This document shows, in pieces, positions 10,419-19,483 of a stretch of DNA of 64,000 nucleotides. The DNA lies in the NCBI GenBank assembly GCA_964536515.1, contig CAZHXI010000001.1, forward strand, positions 31,480-95,479, written 5' to 3'. The stretch's first letter is position 1; each line of letters opens with the position of its first letter. A program made the translations under genes and the position numbers. The notes beneath the pieces are model-generated. The model worked only from the letters and a program-made list of their open reading frames with translations, was not told where the DNA came from and made no database searches. The stretch is from an uncultured Gammaproteobacteria bacterium (GTDB lineage Bacteria; Patescibacteriota; Patescibacteriia; CAYZDG01).

Positions 10419-13400
10419 ATGCTTCGTCTGCCATTGAATTTCAGCTCACCTCGCTTCGCCCGAGGCGTCGCGGTTGCGATGCTGGCCCTGGTCGCTATCG
10501 TAGCTGTGCCGGTGGCGTTGCCGGGCGGGGGAGTGAGCGATTCGGCGCCGGTGCGGTCGGCGATCGGCGTAGCTACGGTGCACGCGGTTACCGATACTGA
10601 TATTCAGATGCAGGCCGAAGCCAGGGAGGCAGCGGCGAACAAGACCGATAGTGACTCGTGGTTCACCCGGGTCATCAAGGAGCTGATGTACGCCATTATC
10701 CAGTTCTTCGGCTACATGACCGGGCTGCTGTTCAAGGTGCTAGAGATGATTGCCCAGTACAACGGGTTCACCACCGAGCCGATCGTGGTGAAGGGCTGGA
10801 CCATAGTCCGGGACGTCTGCAACATGTTCTTCGTCTTCGCCATGCTGCTCATTGCCTTCGGCACCATACTGCGCATCCAGGCCTACCACTACCGCAGCCT
10901 GCTGTTCAAGGTCGTGCTGATGGCGGTGCTCATGAACCTTTCTAAGTCTATCGTCGGCGTGCTCATAGACCTTTCGCAGATCGTAATGCTTTCGTTCGTG
11001 AGCGGGTTCAAGCACATGGTGGCGGGCAGCCTGGCCCAGGCCTTTGGCGTGGATAAGATACTAAGGTTGGTACCAACTGACTCCGGCACTAACGCTGTTA
11101 CCGCTGGGCAGGTGAACGATGCTCTGGGCGCAACCGGCGGCGACGGCGTGGTTGCCAGCGCGGGTACGCTGCTGGCGTCGTTCATTCTGGCTGCGCTCAT
11201 CATGGCTCTCATCTTCATTACCGTTCTAGCCATTACGGTGCAGCTCATAGTACGTGTGATAAAGCTATGGATTCTCACCATCATGGCGCCCATCGCCTTC
11301 GCCGGAACCCTGTTCAAGGGCCTGGGCTCAATGGCCGGCAAGTGGTGGGACGAGCTGACCAAGGAGCTGGTGGCCGGCCCCACGCTGATGTTCTTCCTCT
11401 GGCTGGTGCTGGCTATTAGCTCGGCTAACAGCGGCGAGGTGTTCGGCGCCGGCAGCCATGCGGCCGGCTCGTTCAACCCGCTGAACCTGGAGGCTGCCAG
11501 CGCCGGGAACCTAGTGAACCTGTTCGTGGTAGTGGGCTTGCTGTGGGCCGGCTTGGGAGCAGCCAAGGCGGGCGGTACCGCCGCCGCAGGCGCGGTAGGC
11601 TTCGGCCTGGGCAAGCTATCGAGCATCAGCCGCGGCTCTGCTCGCCTGGCGGGGAAGGGGGCAGCGGGCGTGGGCCGCTTCGGCCAGCGCTGGGCTGCGC
11701 AGGGCCTGTCTAAGAGCGGTATCCAGGCGCGCTACGAGATGGCCAAGGAAGGCATTCGAGAGTCTACCGCTGGCAAAGCGGTGCGCTTCTTTGGCAAGGA
11801 GGCTACCGAGCAGCGTTGGGCTGCCCGTAAGGCGATACGTCGGGAGCGCATTCTGACGCACATGGATACCGCGGCGAAGTCCGCAGACCTCGCGGGCCAG
11901 CCGATTGGGTGGATTCAGTCTGCCCGCCGTAAGCGTGAGCAAAAGTGGCGCGTCGAGTCTAACGTGGCTACCGCCAAGTACATGAAGGAGCTAGACGAGC
12001 AGGGGATCAACGACAATGCCAGCATTAGGGCGGCGCTGGCTTCCAATATGAAGGACGGCAAGGTGCAGAACGTAGATAAGCAGGCGGCGCTGCTGCGCCA
12101 GCTGGCGAGCAAGGGCAAGGTTCTGGATGCTAATCGCGACATTATCGAGAACACGGCGGGTATGTCGGATGGCTCCCGTGCCGCGCTGCTCGCTGCCTTC
12201 AAGGACCACGACACCAGCGCCATTAAGAGCGACGGCAGCATCCGTTCCGACGCCGAGGTAATGGAGGAGATGGAGTCGGCCATGAAGGGCGACGCCGATC
12301 GCGGCGCCAAGAACAAGAGGGTACGCGGCATTGCTGCCAAGGTCCGTGTGGACGAGAGGGGCCAGGTTGCCAACTCGACAGCCATCGCGACCCTCCGCAA
12401 CCTGGATGAGGACTACATTGAGCCGCTCGATAAGAAGCTGAAGGACGATATTAAGGGGGCTATCCTGCTGACGATCCACAACGCCAACCAGAGTGGCGAC
12501 ACCCAGCTGCGGGATGAAATGGAGAAGAAGTACAATCAGCTGTTCGCCCAGGGAACCGACAAGCAGGGCAACGCCCTCCCCAAGCTTGAGCTAGACAAGG
12601 ATACCGGACAGGTGAAGGACGACGCCATGCGTGCCGTGCAGCAGAAGGCTGCACGCAAGCAGGAGCGTGACCAGATCAAGGAGGTCAGCATGAAGCGTGA
12701 TAGCCTGGTACCCCTAGATGAGGGCGAGAAGGCGCTGCAGAAGCTGGTAGCCGCCATTGATGGCGCTCCAAAGAAAATTGAAGAGCTAAGGACTAAACTT
12801 GCGGAGCTATCAACCATCGACACGTCAACGAAGGCGGGACGTGGTTGGCATAAGCAGGCTACCATCGACGTAGCTCGCATACAGAAGGAGCTCGTCGACG
12901 GCGCTGAAAAACAAACAAAGGATGAGAATGGAAATCGAAAACCTGAGTTTGTCTACCGTGGCAACGACGGCTCGGTGATCGATCCTGGCGTCCTAGTCAA
13001 TCGAATGCTTGGTGGTAACCTTGAGTCTAGGCTCGATGCTGTCCGTGAGGATGTAGCTTGGAGCAGGGCTCAGCCCGATGATTCTAAGCGTCTCGCGTCT
13101 GATCAATTGCAGGTAATCTCTGCTCGATTCAACCGCATTCATAAGGTGGCTCCCCCGAAGGGTCCAGCATCGGCAGGTAGCCCGTCAGGTCGAGCGACTG
13201 ATACAAGGTACCTCGCCGGAGAGTTCGTCCAGCCACGGCAGGCGGTGAGTAGCATCGCCGATCCTTTGGTCAGTAAGGCACAGGGGGCGGTGAGGCAGGC
13301 ATTCCAGCAGATCGATCAGGGCCAGCGCGTAGCGAAGCTGGAGCCGGTGCTTAAGGAGGTGCAGGGTGCGATAAAGCAGATGCTGACTATTGATAAGCTC

Positions 13401-13535
13401 GACGAGGTTCAGAAGGGTGCGCTCACCGATATAGCAAAGGAGGCTGAAGATCTGAGCGGCAAGCTCGCTACCGCATCCGAGGCGGATGTATCAGCGATTG
13501 TCACCAAGATCAGCAAGCTGAAGAACCTAGCCTAG
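10419..13535 (+). CDS. VirB6/TrbL-like polytopic membrane protein with long charged C-terminal tail
   Basis: GWTIVRDVCNMFFVF..LLIAF..IL, RVIKLWILTIMAPIAF and KWWDEL motifs typical of CPR VirB6-like proteins, followed by a Gly/Ala linker and a coiled tail. Confidence 0.7.
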   Translation: MLRLPLNFSSPRFARGVAVAMLALVAIVAVPVALPGGGVSDSAPVRSAIGVATVHAVTDTDIQMQAEAREAAANKTDSDSWFTRVIKELMYAIIQFFGYMTGLLFKVLEMIAQYNGFTTEPIVVKGWTIVRDVCNMFFVFAMLLIAFGTILRIQAYHYRSLLFKVVLMAVLMNLSKSIVGVLIDLSQIVMLSFVSGFKHMVAGSLAQAFGVDKILRLVPTDSGTNAVTAGQVNDALGATGGDGVVASAGTLLASFILAALIMALIFITVLAITVQLIVRVIKLWILTIMAPIAFAGTLFKGLGSMAGKWWDELTKELVAGPTLMFFLWLVLAISSANSGEVFGAGSHAAGSFNPLNLEAASAGNLVNLFVVVGLLWAGLGAAKAGGTAAAGAVGFGLGKLSSISRGSARLAGKGAAGVGRFGQRWAAQGLSKSGIQARYEMAKEGIRESTAGKAVRFFGKEATEQRWAARKAIRRERILTHMDTAAKSADLAGQPIGWIQSARRKREQKWRVESNVATAKYMKELDEQGINDNASIRAALASNMKDGKVQNVDKQAALLRQLASKGKVLDANRDIIENTAGMSDGSRAALLAAFKDHDTSAIKSDGSIRSDAEVMEEMESAMKGDADRGAKNKRVRGIAAKVRVDERGQVANSTAIATLRNLDEDYIEPLDKKLKDDIKGAILLTIHNANQSGDTQLRDEMEKKYNQLFAQGTDKQGNALPKLELDKDTGQVKDDAMRAVQQKAARKQERDQIKEVSMKRDSLVPLDEGEKALQKLVAAIDGAPKKIEELRTKLAELSTIDTSTKAGRGWHKQATIDVARIQKELVDGAEKQTKDENGNRKPEFVYRGNDGSVIDPGVLVNRMLGGNLESRLDAVREDVAWSRAQPDDSKRLASDQLQVISARFNRIHKVAPPKGPASAGSPSGRATDTRYLAGEFVQPRQAVSSIADPLVSKAQGAVRQAFQQIDQGQRVAKLEPVLKEVQGAIKQMLTIDKLDEVQKGALTDIAKEAEDLSGKLATASEADVSAIVTKISKLKNLA

Positions 13536-13536
13536 T

Positions 13537-14340
13537 ATGTCCGTAGACCGCGCCACCGTAGATGCTGCCCGAGCTGCCGCCGCCAGCGCCATTGCCGCGG
13601 CAGGGGTAGACGAGTCGCAGCGTGCCGCTGCGGCCGCGGCTTGCGATACGGTGCTGTGGGGCATTACCCCGTACGCCGAGCTGGCCAGCTACCTGCAGGA
13701 GGCAGCCAAGCTGCCGCCGCCCGTAGCCGAGGCTCTGGCTAGGCGGCTGGATGTCTCCGCTAAGCCAGCCTGGGAGCAGGTTTGGGCGGGCCTAGACCAG
13801 CAGCAGCGCCACTGGAACAAGCAGGACCTCTCCGAAGACTACGCTAGCTTCGCCGCAGACCTAGACGCCGAGGTGGCCGAGGCGGCGCCGGAGCTGGCGC
13901 AGCAGCCTTCGGTTACGCCGCTGCTAGCCGAGCTGCTGGACGGCGGCGACAGGTACGACGCCACGGCGCTGCTAGCCTGGCTGGCGCAGCAGGGTAGGCT
14001 CGTGGGCGTGTGCATGCAGGACCGTGACATTCGTGAGGACTTCACCGAGTGGGTTACGGGCGCTCTGGGCGGGGGACAGGGCAAGCCCGCCATCGTCATT
14101 CCGGGGCCAGACCAGTGGAGCGCTCCGCTGACGGCGCTGCTGCTGCAGTACCTGCTGGAGGTGCGGCTGGGCTGGAACGCCGAGCAGTCTGCCATGGCCG
14201 CCATGTACCTGGCGCAGCAGCTGGCCAAGGCCAGCGGCGAGCACCGCTACGCTACCGCCGTGTACGGCGACGAGGCTACGGGCGAATTCCGCTGGCGGCC
14301 GGTGCGGCTGGAGAACGGCCAGGTCGTGTTCGCGGATTGA
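13537..14340 (+). CDS. Hypothetical protein, last gene of the operon
   Basis: 267 aa ORF starting 1 nt after the previous stop, native codon usage. Confidence 0.7.
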   Translation: MSVDRATVDAARAAAASAIAAAGVDESQRAAAAAACDTVLWGITPYAELASYLQEAAKLPPPVAEALARRLDVSAKPAWEQVWAGLDQQQRHWNKQDLSEDYASFAADLDAEVAEAAPELAQQPSVTPLLAELLDGGDRYDATALLAWLAQQGRLVGVCMQDRDIREDFTEWVTGALGGGQGKPAIVIPGPDQWSAPLTALLLQYLLEVRLGWNAEQSAMAAMYLAQQLAKASGEHRYATAVYGDEATGEFRWRPVRLENGQVVFAD

Positions 14341-14355
14341 TGCCTACGTAATGCG

Positions 14356-14383
14356 GTAGAGACGCATTGCAATGCGTCTCTAC
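14356..14383. repeat. GTAG-class REP-like palindrome
   Basis: GTAGAGACGCATTGCAATGCGTCTCTAC, a perfect 28-bp palindrome between convergent genes. Confidence 0.85.
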
Positions 14384-14415
14384 GTTCGTATTACCGGCGC
14401 ACCGGCCGTCCCTAC

Positions 14416-14979
14416 CTAGGCTCGTTCGACGTACGAATCCGTCTCGGTATTCACGATAATCTTGTCGCCCGCGTTCACGAACATGGGCACGCGCAGCTCG
14501 GCGCCGCCCGCCAGGGTGGCTACCTTGGTGGCGTTTCCGGCGGTGTCGCCCTTGGCGCTGCCCGGCGTCTCGGCTACCTCCACCGCTACCTTGGTGGGCA
14601 GGGTAGCCGCCACGGGCTGGCCCTTGAAGTACAGCACGTCTACCTCTAGCCCCTCGGATAGGTAGCATCCCTTGCCGCCGAGCTGGGCGTCGCTGAAGCT
14701 GAACTGGTCGAAGTCCTCGGTGCCCATGAAGGCGTAGCTGTCGCCGTCGCGGTACAGGTAGCTAGCCTTGCGGCGGACGATGTCCGCCTCGGGGTAGGTG
14801 TCGGAGGGCTGCACGGTCCGCTCCAGCGTGGCTCCCGTTAGCAGGTTGCGCATCTTGGTGCGCAGCGTGGCGCCGCCGCGGGCCACCTTGATGTGCTGGG
14901 TGAAGATGACGGTCCAGGGGGCGCCGTCTACCTCGATGACCGTTCCCAGCTTGAGCTGGTTCATCGTTAGCTGGGGCAT
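14416..14979 (-). CDS. efp: Elongation factor P
   Basis: HIKVARGGATLRTKMRNL, YLY.DG..Y.FM and PG.KGDTA motifs; true start MPQLTMN at 14979. Confidence 0.95.
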   Translation of the reverse strand: MPQLTMNQLKLGTVIEVDGAPWTVIFTQHIKVARGGATLRTKMRNLLTGATLERTVQPSDTYPEADIVRRKASYLYRDGDSYAFMGTEDFDQFSFSDAQLGGKGCYLSEGLEVDVLYFKGQPVAATLPTKVAVEVAETPGSAKGDTAGNATKVATLAGGAELRVPMFVNAGDKIIVNTETDSYVERA

Positions 14980-14995
14980 ATGGTTGGGGTCAGGT

Positions 14996-15020
14996 AGATC
15001 CCTCGCTCCGCTCGGGATGC
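14996..15020. repeat. Degenerate half-copy of a GTCAT..CGAGC..GATCT REP-like element
   Basis: AGATCCCTCGCTCCGCTCGGGATG, related to the copies at 47698 and 43173. Confidence 0.5.
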
Positions 15021-15028
15021 TCGGGCAG

Positions 15029-15277
15029 CTAGTGCTGCCCTCGCACGTACGGCAGCAGGGCCATGAAGCGGGCACGCTTTATGGCTTCGGCTACGCCGCG
15101 CTGGTGCCAGGCGCACACGCCGCTCTTGCGACGCGGCACTATCTTGCCGTAGGAGCTGGTGAAGCGCTGGAGGATGCCCGTCTCCTTGTAGTCGATGCCG
15201 CTGAGGTTGTTGGCGCAGAAGTAGCAGAAGCGGTCGCGGGCGAGGGGGGATGCTGGGGCGGGGGTACGTCGGTTCAT
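15029..15277 (-). CDS. rpsR: 30S ribosomal protein S18
   Basis: CYFC..IDYK..L.RF....GKI.PRR.SG.C..HQR....AIKRAR..ALLPY (Zn-binding form). Confidence 0.97.
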   Translation of the reverse strand: MNRRTPAPASPLARDRFCYFCANNLSGIDYKETGILQRFTSSYGKIVPRRKSGVCAWHQRGVAEAIKRARFMALLPYVRGQH

Positions 15278-15295
15278 AGCTGTGATGGTGGACGG

Positions 15296-15733
15296 TTAGA
15301 AGGGAATCTCCTCGACCTTGATCTCGCCCTCGTCGGGCGGCAGGTCGTGGGTGGGAGCGGGGCTGGCAATTTCGGGGCGGGACTGGGTGCCGCCGCCAGC
15401 CGGGGCGCGGTCGAGCATAATCAGGCCCTCGGCGATGATCTCGGTGCGGAACTTCTTCACGCCCGTCTGGTCGTCCCAGGAGCGGGTCTTGATGCGGCCC
15501 TCCACGTAGACGCGCATGCCCTTGTGCATGTACTGCTGGCAGATTTCCGCCAGCCGGCCCCAGGCCACGACGCTGTGGAACTCCGTCTCCTCCTGCTTCA
15601 CGCCGGCCTGGTTGGTCCAGGTGCGGCTGGTGGCGACGCCGAGCGACGCGACCGACTGCCCGCTGGGGGTGGTGCGCACCTCCGGGTCGCGGGTTAGGTT
15701 GCCGATGATCATGGCGCGGTTGAGGTTGACCAT
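15296..15733 (-). CDS. ssb: Single-stranded DNA-binding protein
   Basis: LNRAMIIGNLTRDPE, VYVEGRI and acidic EEIPF tail. Confidence 0.97.
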   Translation of the reverse strand: MVNLNRAMIIGNLTRDPEVRTTPSGQSVASLGVATSRTWTNQAGVKQEETEFHSVVAWGRLAEICQQYMHKGMRVYVEGRIKTRSWDDQTGVKKFRTEIIAEGLIMLDRAPAGGGTQSRPEIASPAPTHDLPPDEGEIKVEEIPF

Positions 15734-15734
15734 A

Positions 15735-15862
15735 TGGGTAGTGAGTCGTTAGTAGTTGGTCGTAGGTTCGTTGGTCGGAAGTTAGAAGGTCGTCGGGTTC
15801 GATTGTCGTTCGTCGAATTTCCAACAATCGAATTTTCGACAAACGACCAGCGAGCTTTCGAA
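15735..15862. repeat. Degenerate heptamer tandem repeat tract between rpsF and ssb
   Basis: Minus strand ..CCGACCAACGAACCTACGACCAACTACTAACGACTCACTAC.. with period about 7 and partial inverted arms. Confidence 0.55.
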
Positions 15863-15863
15863 T

Positions 15864-16364
15864 TTATACGTTCTCGGTGGGGGCGGAGAGGATCTCGTCC
15901 AGCTTCTGGTCGAGGTCCTTCAGCTCTACCTTGGGCTTGGCCGGAGCAGCGGCGCGGGGGCGCCGGGTGGTGTGGCGGTCGGCGCCACGGTCCGCCTCGC
16001 GGTCGCGCATGCGGCTGGCCATACGATCCTTGGCCTTCTGCAGGCGTCCCTGCTCCTCGGCGGTAACGGCGTGCTTCTCCACGATTAGGTAGCGCAGCAC
16101 GTTCGGCACCAGCTTGAGGGTACCCTGCAGCGTGGGCAGGGTGTGGGGCACGGCGCGGAACTCGGCCACGGCGTAGGTGCCGTAGCGCTGGCCCTCCACG
16201 GGGTAGGCTAGGCGGGTGCGGCCGATGGTCGCCCCGTTGAGGATGGTTACGCCAGCCTTCTGCAGGGCTGCCTGCAGGGCGTCGGTAACGGTGTTAACCT
16301 CGGTGTCCTCGACGCCGGGGTGGATGATGTAGGTGCACTCGTAGTGCTTCTGGTCTTCGCGCAT
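15864..16364 (-). CDS. rpsF: 30S ribosomal protein S6 with C-terminal extension
   Basis: YECTYII.P, G...LAYPV, G.Y and VLRYLIV motifs; rpsF-ssb-rpsR order. Confidence 0.95.
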   Translation of the reverse strand: MREDQKHYECTYIIHPGVEDTEVNTVTDALQAALQKAGVTILNGATIGRTRLAYPVEGQRYGTYAVAEFRAVPHTLPTLQGTLKLVPNVLRYLIVEKHAVTAEEQGRLQKAKDRMASRMRDREADRGADRHTTRRPRAAAPAKPKVELKDLDQKLDEILSAPTENV

Positions 16365-16534
16365 GCGATTCTATGGTTACCTCGCCCGTGGGGGAGAGGA
16401 TCTGTCTCCCCGGTAAAGCCCAGGGTAGGCAGATATGGATAACGTTTGTGGCTGGAAATTACACGGGAATCGCCTCTCCGTCAAGGACGGTTCATGGGGG
16501 CGTGGTCCCGTGGGGCAATGGCCATTTGCGTCGC

Positions 16535-16563
16535 GTAGAGACGGGTTTAAAACCCGTCTCTAC
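16535..16563. repeat. GTAG-class REP-like palindrome
   Basis: GTAGAGACGGGTTTAAAACCCGTCTCTAC. Confidence 0.85.
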
Positions 16564-16603
16564 GACGTTTGGTACATTCGGCAACGTTTGTTATGGTGCC
16601 CCC

Positions 16604-17803
16604 ATGAACCGATACGTATTCCTCCTGGGCCGGGAGGCTGCCCTGGGCGCAGCCGAGGTAATTGCTACCGGCCGCTTCTCATCTATCGATGCTGCTGCCA
16701 GCGGCGGCGAGGTTCTAGTTGCCTCTACAGATACTGCCCTGGAGAACCCCCAGGCCTTCTTGGACCGTATCGGCGGGACGGTGAAGCTAGCAGGGGTTGT
16801 TTCGGAGGTCGAGGGACAGCCGTCTCTGGAAGACCTGCTAGCCCTGCTACCCGGCGAGGGCAAGGTTCACTTCGGCATCAGCTGGTACGGCGGGCAGGTG
16901 CCGGACCTAGAGAAACTGGGGCGCCAGATGAAGGCGGCGCTGCAGGCGCAAGATCGCTCCGCCCGTTTCGTCAGCAGCCGCAGTAACCCGCTGTCCTCCG
17001 TCATCGTGCGGACGCAGAAGCTGCTGGGCGCGAGGGGATGTGAAATCATAGTGGCAATCCTTAACGGTGGTGACGTAGGGTCGAGGCGCGCCTCGACCCT
17101 ACTGGGCCGGACCATCGCTGCACAAAATTTTATTGAGTACGGCCGGCGTGATGCCGGACGCCCCAGCCGCAACATCAACCGCGGCATGCTGCCGCCCAAG
17201 GTGGCGCAGGTGCTGCTGAATTTGGCGCAGGTTAAGCCGGGCGACACGGTGCTGGATCCGTTCTGCGGCACGGGCACGGTGCTGCAGGAGGCGCTGGTAA
17301 TGGGTGCCGGCAAGGCTATCGGCCGTGACGTAGATGACGACGCGGTGGAGGAGGCCACCGAGAACCTTTCGTGGCTGCCACGCCGCGCCCAGGTAGCGGG
17401 TACGTGGGAGGTCTACCGCCACGACGCACGCCAGGCCGACCGTAAGCTGCAGGATGGATCCATCGATGCGGTGGTAACCGAGCCGCTGCTGGGGCCGCTG
17501 CGGCCGCCGCGCCAGCACGAGGCGGTGGTCAAGCTGGTGGGGGAGCTGCAGCAGCTGTACCGGGCGTCGTTCGTGGCTGCGGCGGCCGCCCTAAAGCCCG
17601 GCGGCCGGCTGGTGGCCGTGCTGCCCGTGATCGGCGAGGTTTCCTCTGCCGACCTGGGTGGGCTGCCCGGCCTGAGCTCCGTCAGCCTGCTGCCCCAGGA
17701 CCTAGCCGCAAGGTTCGGCATCGACGTTGGCCAGCGATTGGTGTACCGCCGCCCCGGCCAGGCCGTAGGCCGCGCGGTGGTGGTTTTTGAAAAAAACCTG
17801 TAG
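16604..17803 (+). CDS. TRM11/TrmG10-like SAM-dependent RNA methyltransferase
   Basis: GMLPPKVAQVLLNL, VLDPFCGTGT and VVTEP motifs; start MNRYVFLLGRE at 16604. Confidence 0.85.
   Translation: MNRYVFLLGREAALGAAEVIATGRFSSIDAAASGGEVLVASTDTALENPQAFLDRIGGTVKLAGVVSEVEGQPSLEDLLALLPGEGKVHFGISWYGGQVPDLEKLGRQMKAALQAQDRSARFVSSRSNPLSSVIVRTQKLLGARGCEIIVAILNGGDVGSRRASTLLGRTIAAQNFIEYGRRDAGRPSRNINRGMLPPKVAQVLLNLAQVKPGDTVLDPFCGTGTVLQEALVMGAGKAIGRDVDDDAVEEATENLSWLPRRAQVAGTWEVYRHDARQADRKLQDGSIDAVVTEPLLGPLRPPRQHEAVVKLVGELQQLYRASFVAAAAALKPGGRLVAVLPVIGEVSSADLGGLPGLSSVSLLPQDLAARFGIDVGQRLVYRRPGQAVGRAVVVFEKNL
17075..17102. repeat. GTAG-class REP-like palindrome, in frame inside a CDS
   Basis: GTAGGGTCGAGGCGCGCCTCGACCCTAC, read as VGSRRASTL. 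Confidence 0.85.
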
Positions 17804-17827
17804 AGACGAGGCGCGCCTCGTCTCTAC
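17800..17827. repeat. GTAG-class REP-like palindrome supplying a stop codon
   Basis: GTAGAGACGAGGCGCGCCTCGTCTCTAC; its TAG (17801-17803) ends the methyltransferase. Confidence 0.85.
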
Positions 17828-17879
17828 AGGTCCGCCGTTGGCGTACCCGCCGCGCGGCCGCTTGCCCCGTTCATAGAAC

Positions 17880-17902
17880 GGACGATTCGTGGTATAATTT
17901 TT
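17880..17902 (+). promoter_or_regulatory. Extended -10 promoter, copy 2 of the 23-bp motif
   Basis: GGACGATTCGTGGTATAATTTTT, 11 nt between TATAAT and the ATG at 17910. Confidence 0.7.
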
Positions 17903-17909
17903 TCGTTCT

Positions 17910-19004
17910 ATGCCTACCGAGAATGCCGCGAAAGAGCAGCCGGCGAGCGTGGCGCCCGCGTCATCGCTGGGCGTGGTCGTGAGGGGCAGCGACGGCAGCT
18001 TCCGCGTGTGGCAGGACGGCGAGTGGCGGCTGCTGGCCGCGGCTCCCGTGGTAGCGGCGCCGTCTAAGCCGACGTTCGGCGGCCCCAATGCCGCTAGCTA
18101 CTTCAGCGCAGCCGACGAGCAGGAGGCCCGCCGCCTAGCCCAGCGCCTAGATACCGCTCCCGAGCACAAGCGCTACTCCCTCGCGAAGATTATTGGGCAG
18201 GTGCAGGAGAGGGCTAAGGTGAGCATTGCCGGGCCTGCGGCGGACGCCTTCCGCCGTGCCGTGCTCACCTTCCTGCGGGGTACCCGGGGGCCGGTAGACT
18301 TCGGCGCCGTGCTGGTGCGTCCGGCTGACCAGGGCGGCGTGGGGCTGACGTCCGCTGAGTCGCAGGCGCTGGTGGCAATACTCTCCGTCATAGGCGACAA
18401 GGTCCGCGCCGAGGGCGGCGAGGTGGTGGATGACCCGGCGTTGAATCCGCCGGCCGCGGCGCCCGTGCCGCCGAAGCCGTCGGTCAAACCCGACGTAGAG
18501 ACGAGGCGCGCCTCGTCTCTACCGCCCGCGTCACCAACCCCCGTCGCACCCGTGCCGCCGCGGCCGATTGCGCCCCCTCTGCCCCGTCCCGCGGTTCCCC
18601 TGACGCCGCTCGCCAAGCCCCAGGCGGTGAACGACGTTCGTCCGGCTGCTCCAGCCGCGCGGGTAGCTCCACCCCGCCGCCTGGTTGGGCCGGTGGACGA
18701 GCTCCGCCAGATGGACATTGCCACCTTCCGTACGCTCGGCGCTACGCCGGCAGACCAGGCGAACGCCGTCGTGGCCAAGGTGCAGGCGCTCGGCCGGGAG
18801 TCGCTCACCCGGCACGCCGAGGGCCTGGCAGCCTGGCGTGAGTGCCCCGTGTACACCGCGTACCGCGCCATCGGCCTGCAGAGCATCCAGGGGGGCAAGC
18901 CCGTGGCCCAGGTCGTCGCCGAGCTGTTCCGTGACGGCAAGGCTACGCTGACCGAGGCTGAGTTCAACGCCGTGGCCGACGCCAACCGCCGGCTTCGCCT
19001 CTAG
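17910..19004 (+). CDS. Hypothetical protein with Pro-rich linker, first gene of the PrgI/VirB4 operon
   Basis: 364 aa; C-terminal GPVDEL..M...FR.L...AW..CPVY domain. Confidence 0.75.
   Translation: MPTENAAKEQPASVAPASSLGVVVRGSDGSFRVWQDGEWRLLAAAPVVAAPSKPTFGGPNAASYFSAADEQEARRLAQRLDTAPEHKRYSLAKIIGQVQERAKVSIAGPAADAFRRAVLTFLRGTRGPVDFGAVLVRPADQGGVGLTSAESQALVAILSVIGDKVRAEGGEVVDDPALNPPAAAPVPPKPSVKPDVETRRASSLPPASPTPVAPVPPRPIAPPLPRPAVPLTPLAKPQAVNDVRPAAPAARVAPPRRLVGPVDELRQMDIATFRTLGATPADQANAVVAKVQALGRESLTRHAEGLAAWRECPVYTAYRAIGLQSIQGGKPVAQVVAELFRDGKATLTEAEFNAVADANRRLRL
18495..18522. repeat. GTAG-class REP-like palindrome, in frame inside a CDS
   Basis: Identical to the 17800 and 56783 copies; read as VETRRASSL. 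Confidence 0.85.
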
Positions 19005-19009
19005 CGCAT

Positions 19010-19483
19010 ATGGCCCAGCTGCAGCACTTCGTCGTCCCCCAGTTCATAGATATCGAGAGCAAGATTCTGGGGCCCATTACCACCCGGCAGTTCCTGTGGG
19101 TGCTGGGCGCCGGGCTCATTTTCTTCATCGCCCTGCGCACGCTGCCGGTGCCGGCCTTCATTGCCGTAGCGGTGCTGGATGTAGCCGTGTTCGGCAGCTT
19201 CGCCTTCGTGAAGGTGAACGGCCAGCTCTTCCATAACTTCCTGGTCAGCGCCATTGCCTTCGGGCGGCGGCCGAGGCTGTACCTATGGACCGCCGGGGTA
19301 GAGGATGACGGAGTTTCCGTTGCCGCCGTCAGCCCGGCGGAGGCGGTGGGCCAGCGTCCGCTGATTCCCGCCGGCAGGCTGAACGAGCTGGCGCTGCTGG
19401 TAGACACCGGCGGCACCTACCAGGCCGTGACCGCATTCAAGGAAATACCGCCTATCCCCGAAGACCATGTCCCCCAAGCCTAA
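19010..19483 (+). CDS. PrgI family protein (VirB3-like)
   Basis: VPQFIDIESKILGPITTRQF plus two TM segments. Confidence 0.85.
   Translation: MAQLQHFVVPQFIDIESKILGPITTRQFLWVLGAGLIFFIALRTLPVPAFIAVAVLDVAVFGSFAFVKVNGQLFHNFLVSAIAFGRRPRLYLWTAGVEDDGVSVAAVSPAEAVGQRPLIPAGRLNELALLVDTGGTYQAVTAFKEIPPIPEDHVPQA

Noticed and set aside
14980-15075. N-terminal extensions of efp (also dprA 43164-43193, methyltransferase 16373-16603, adhesin 56771-56881, rsmA 1238-1297)
   Set aside because: The extensions run through repeats or neighbouring genes; downstream ATGs match the family starts.
14356-18522. Clustered 28-29 bp palindromes as a CRISPR array
   Set aside because: Spacing is irregular (hundreds to thousands of bp), the copies differ, and no cas genes are present; they are REP-like.
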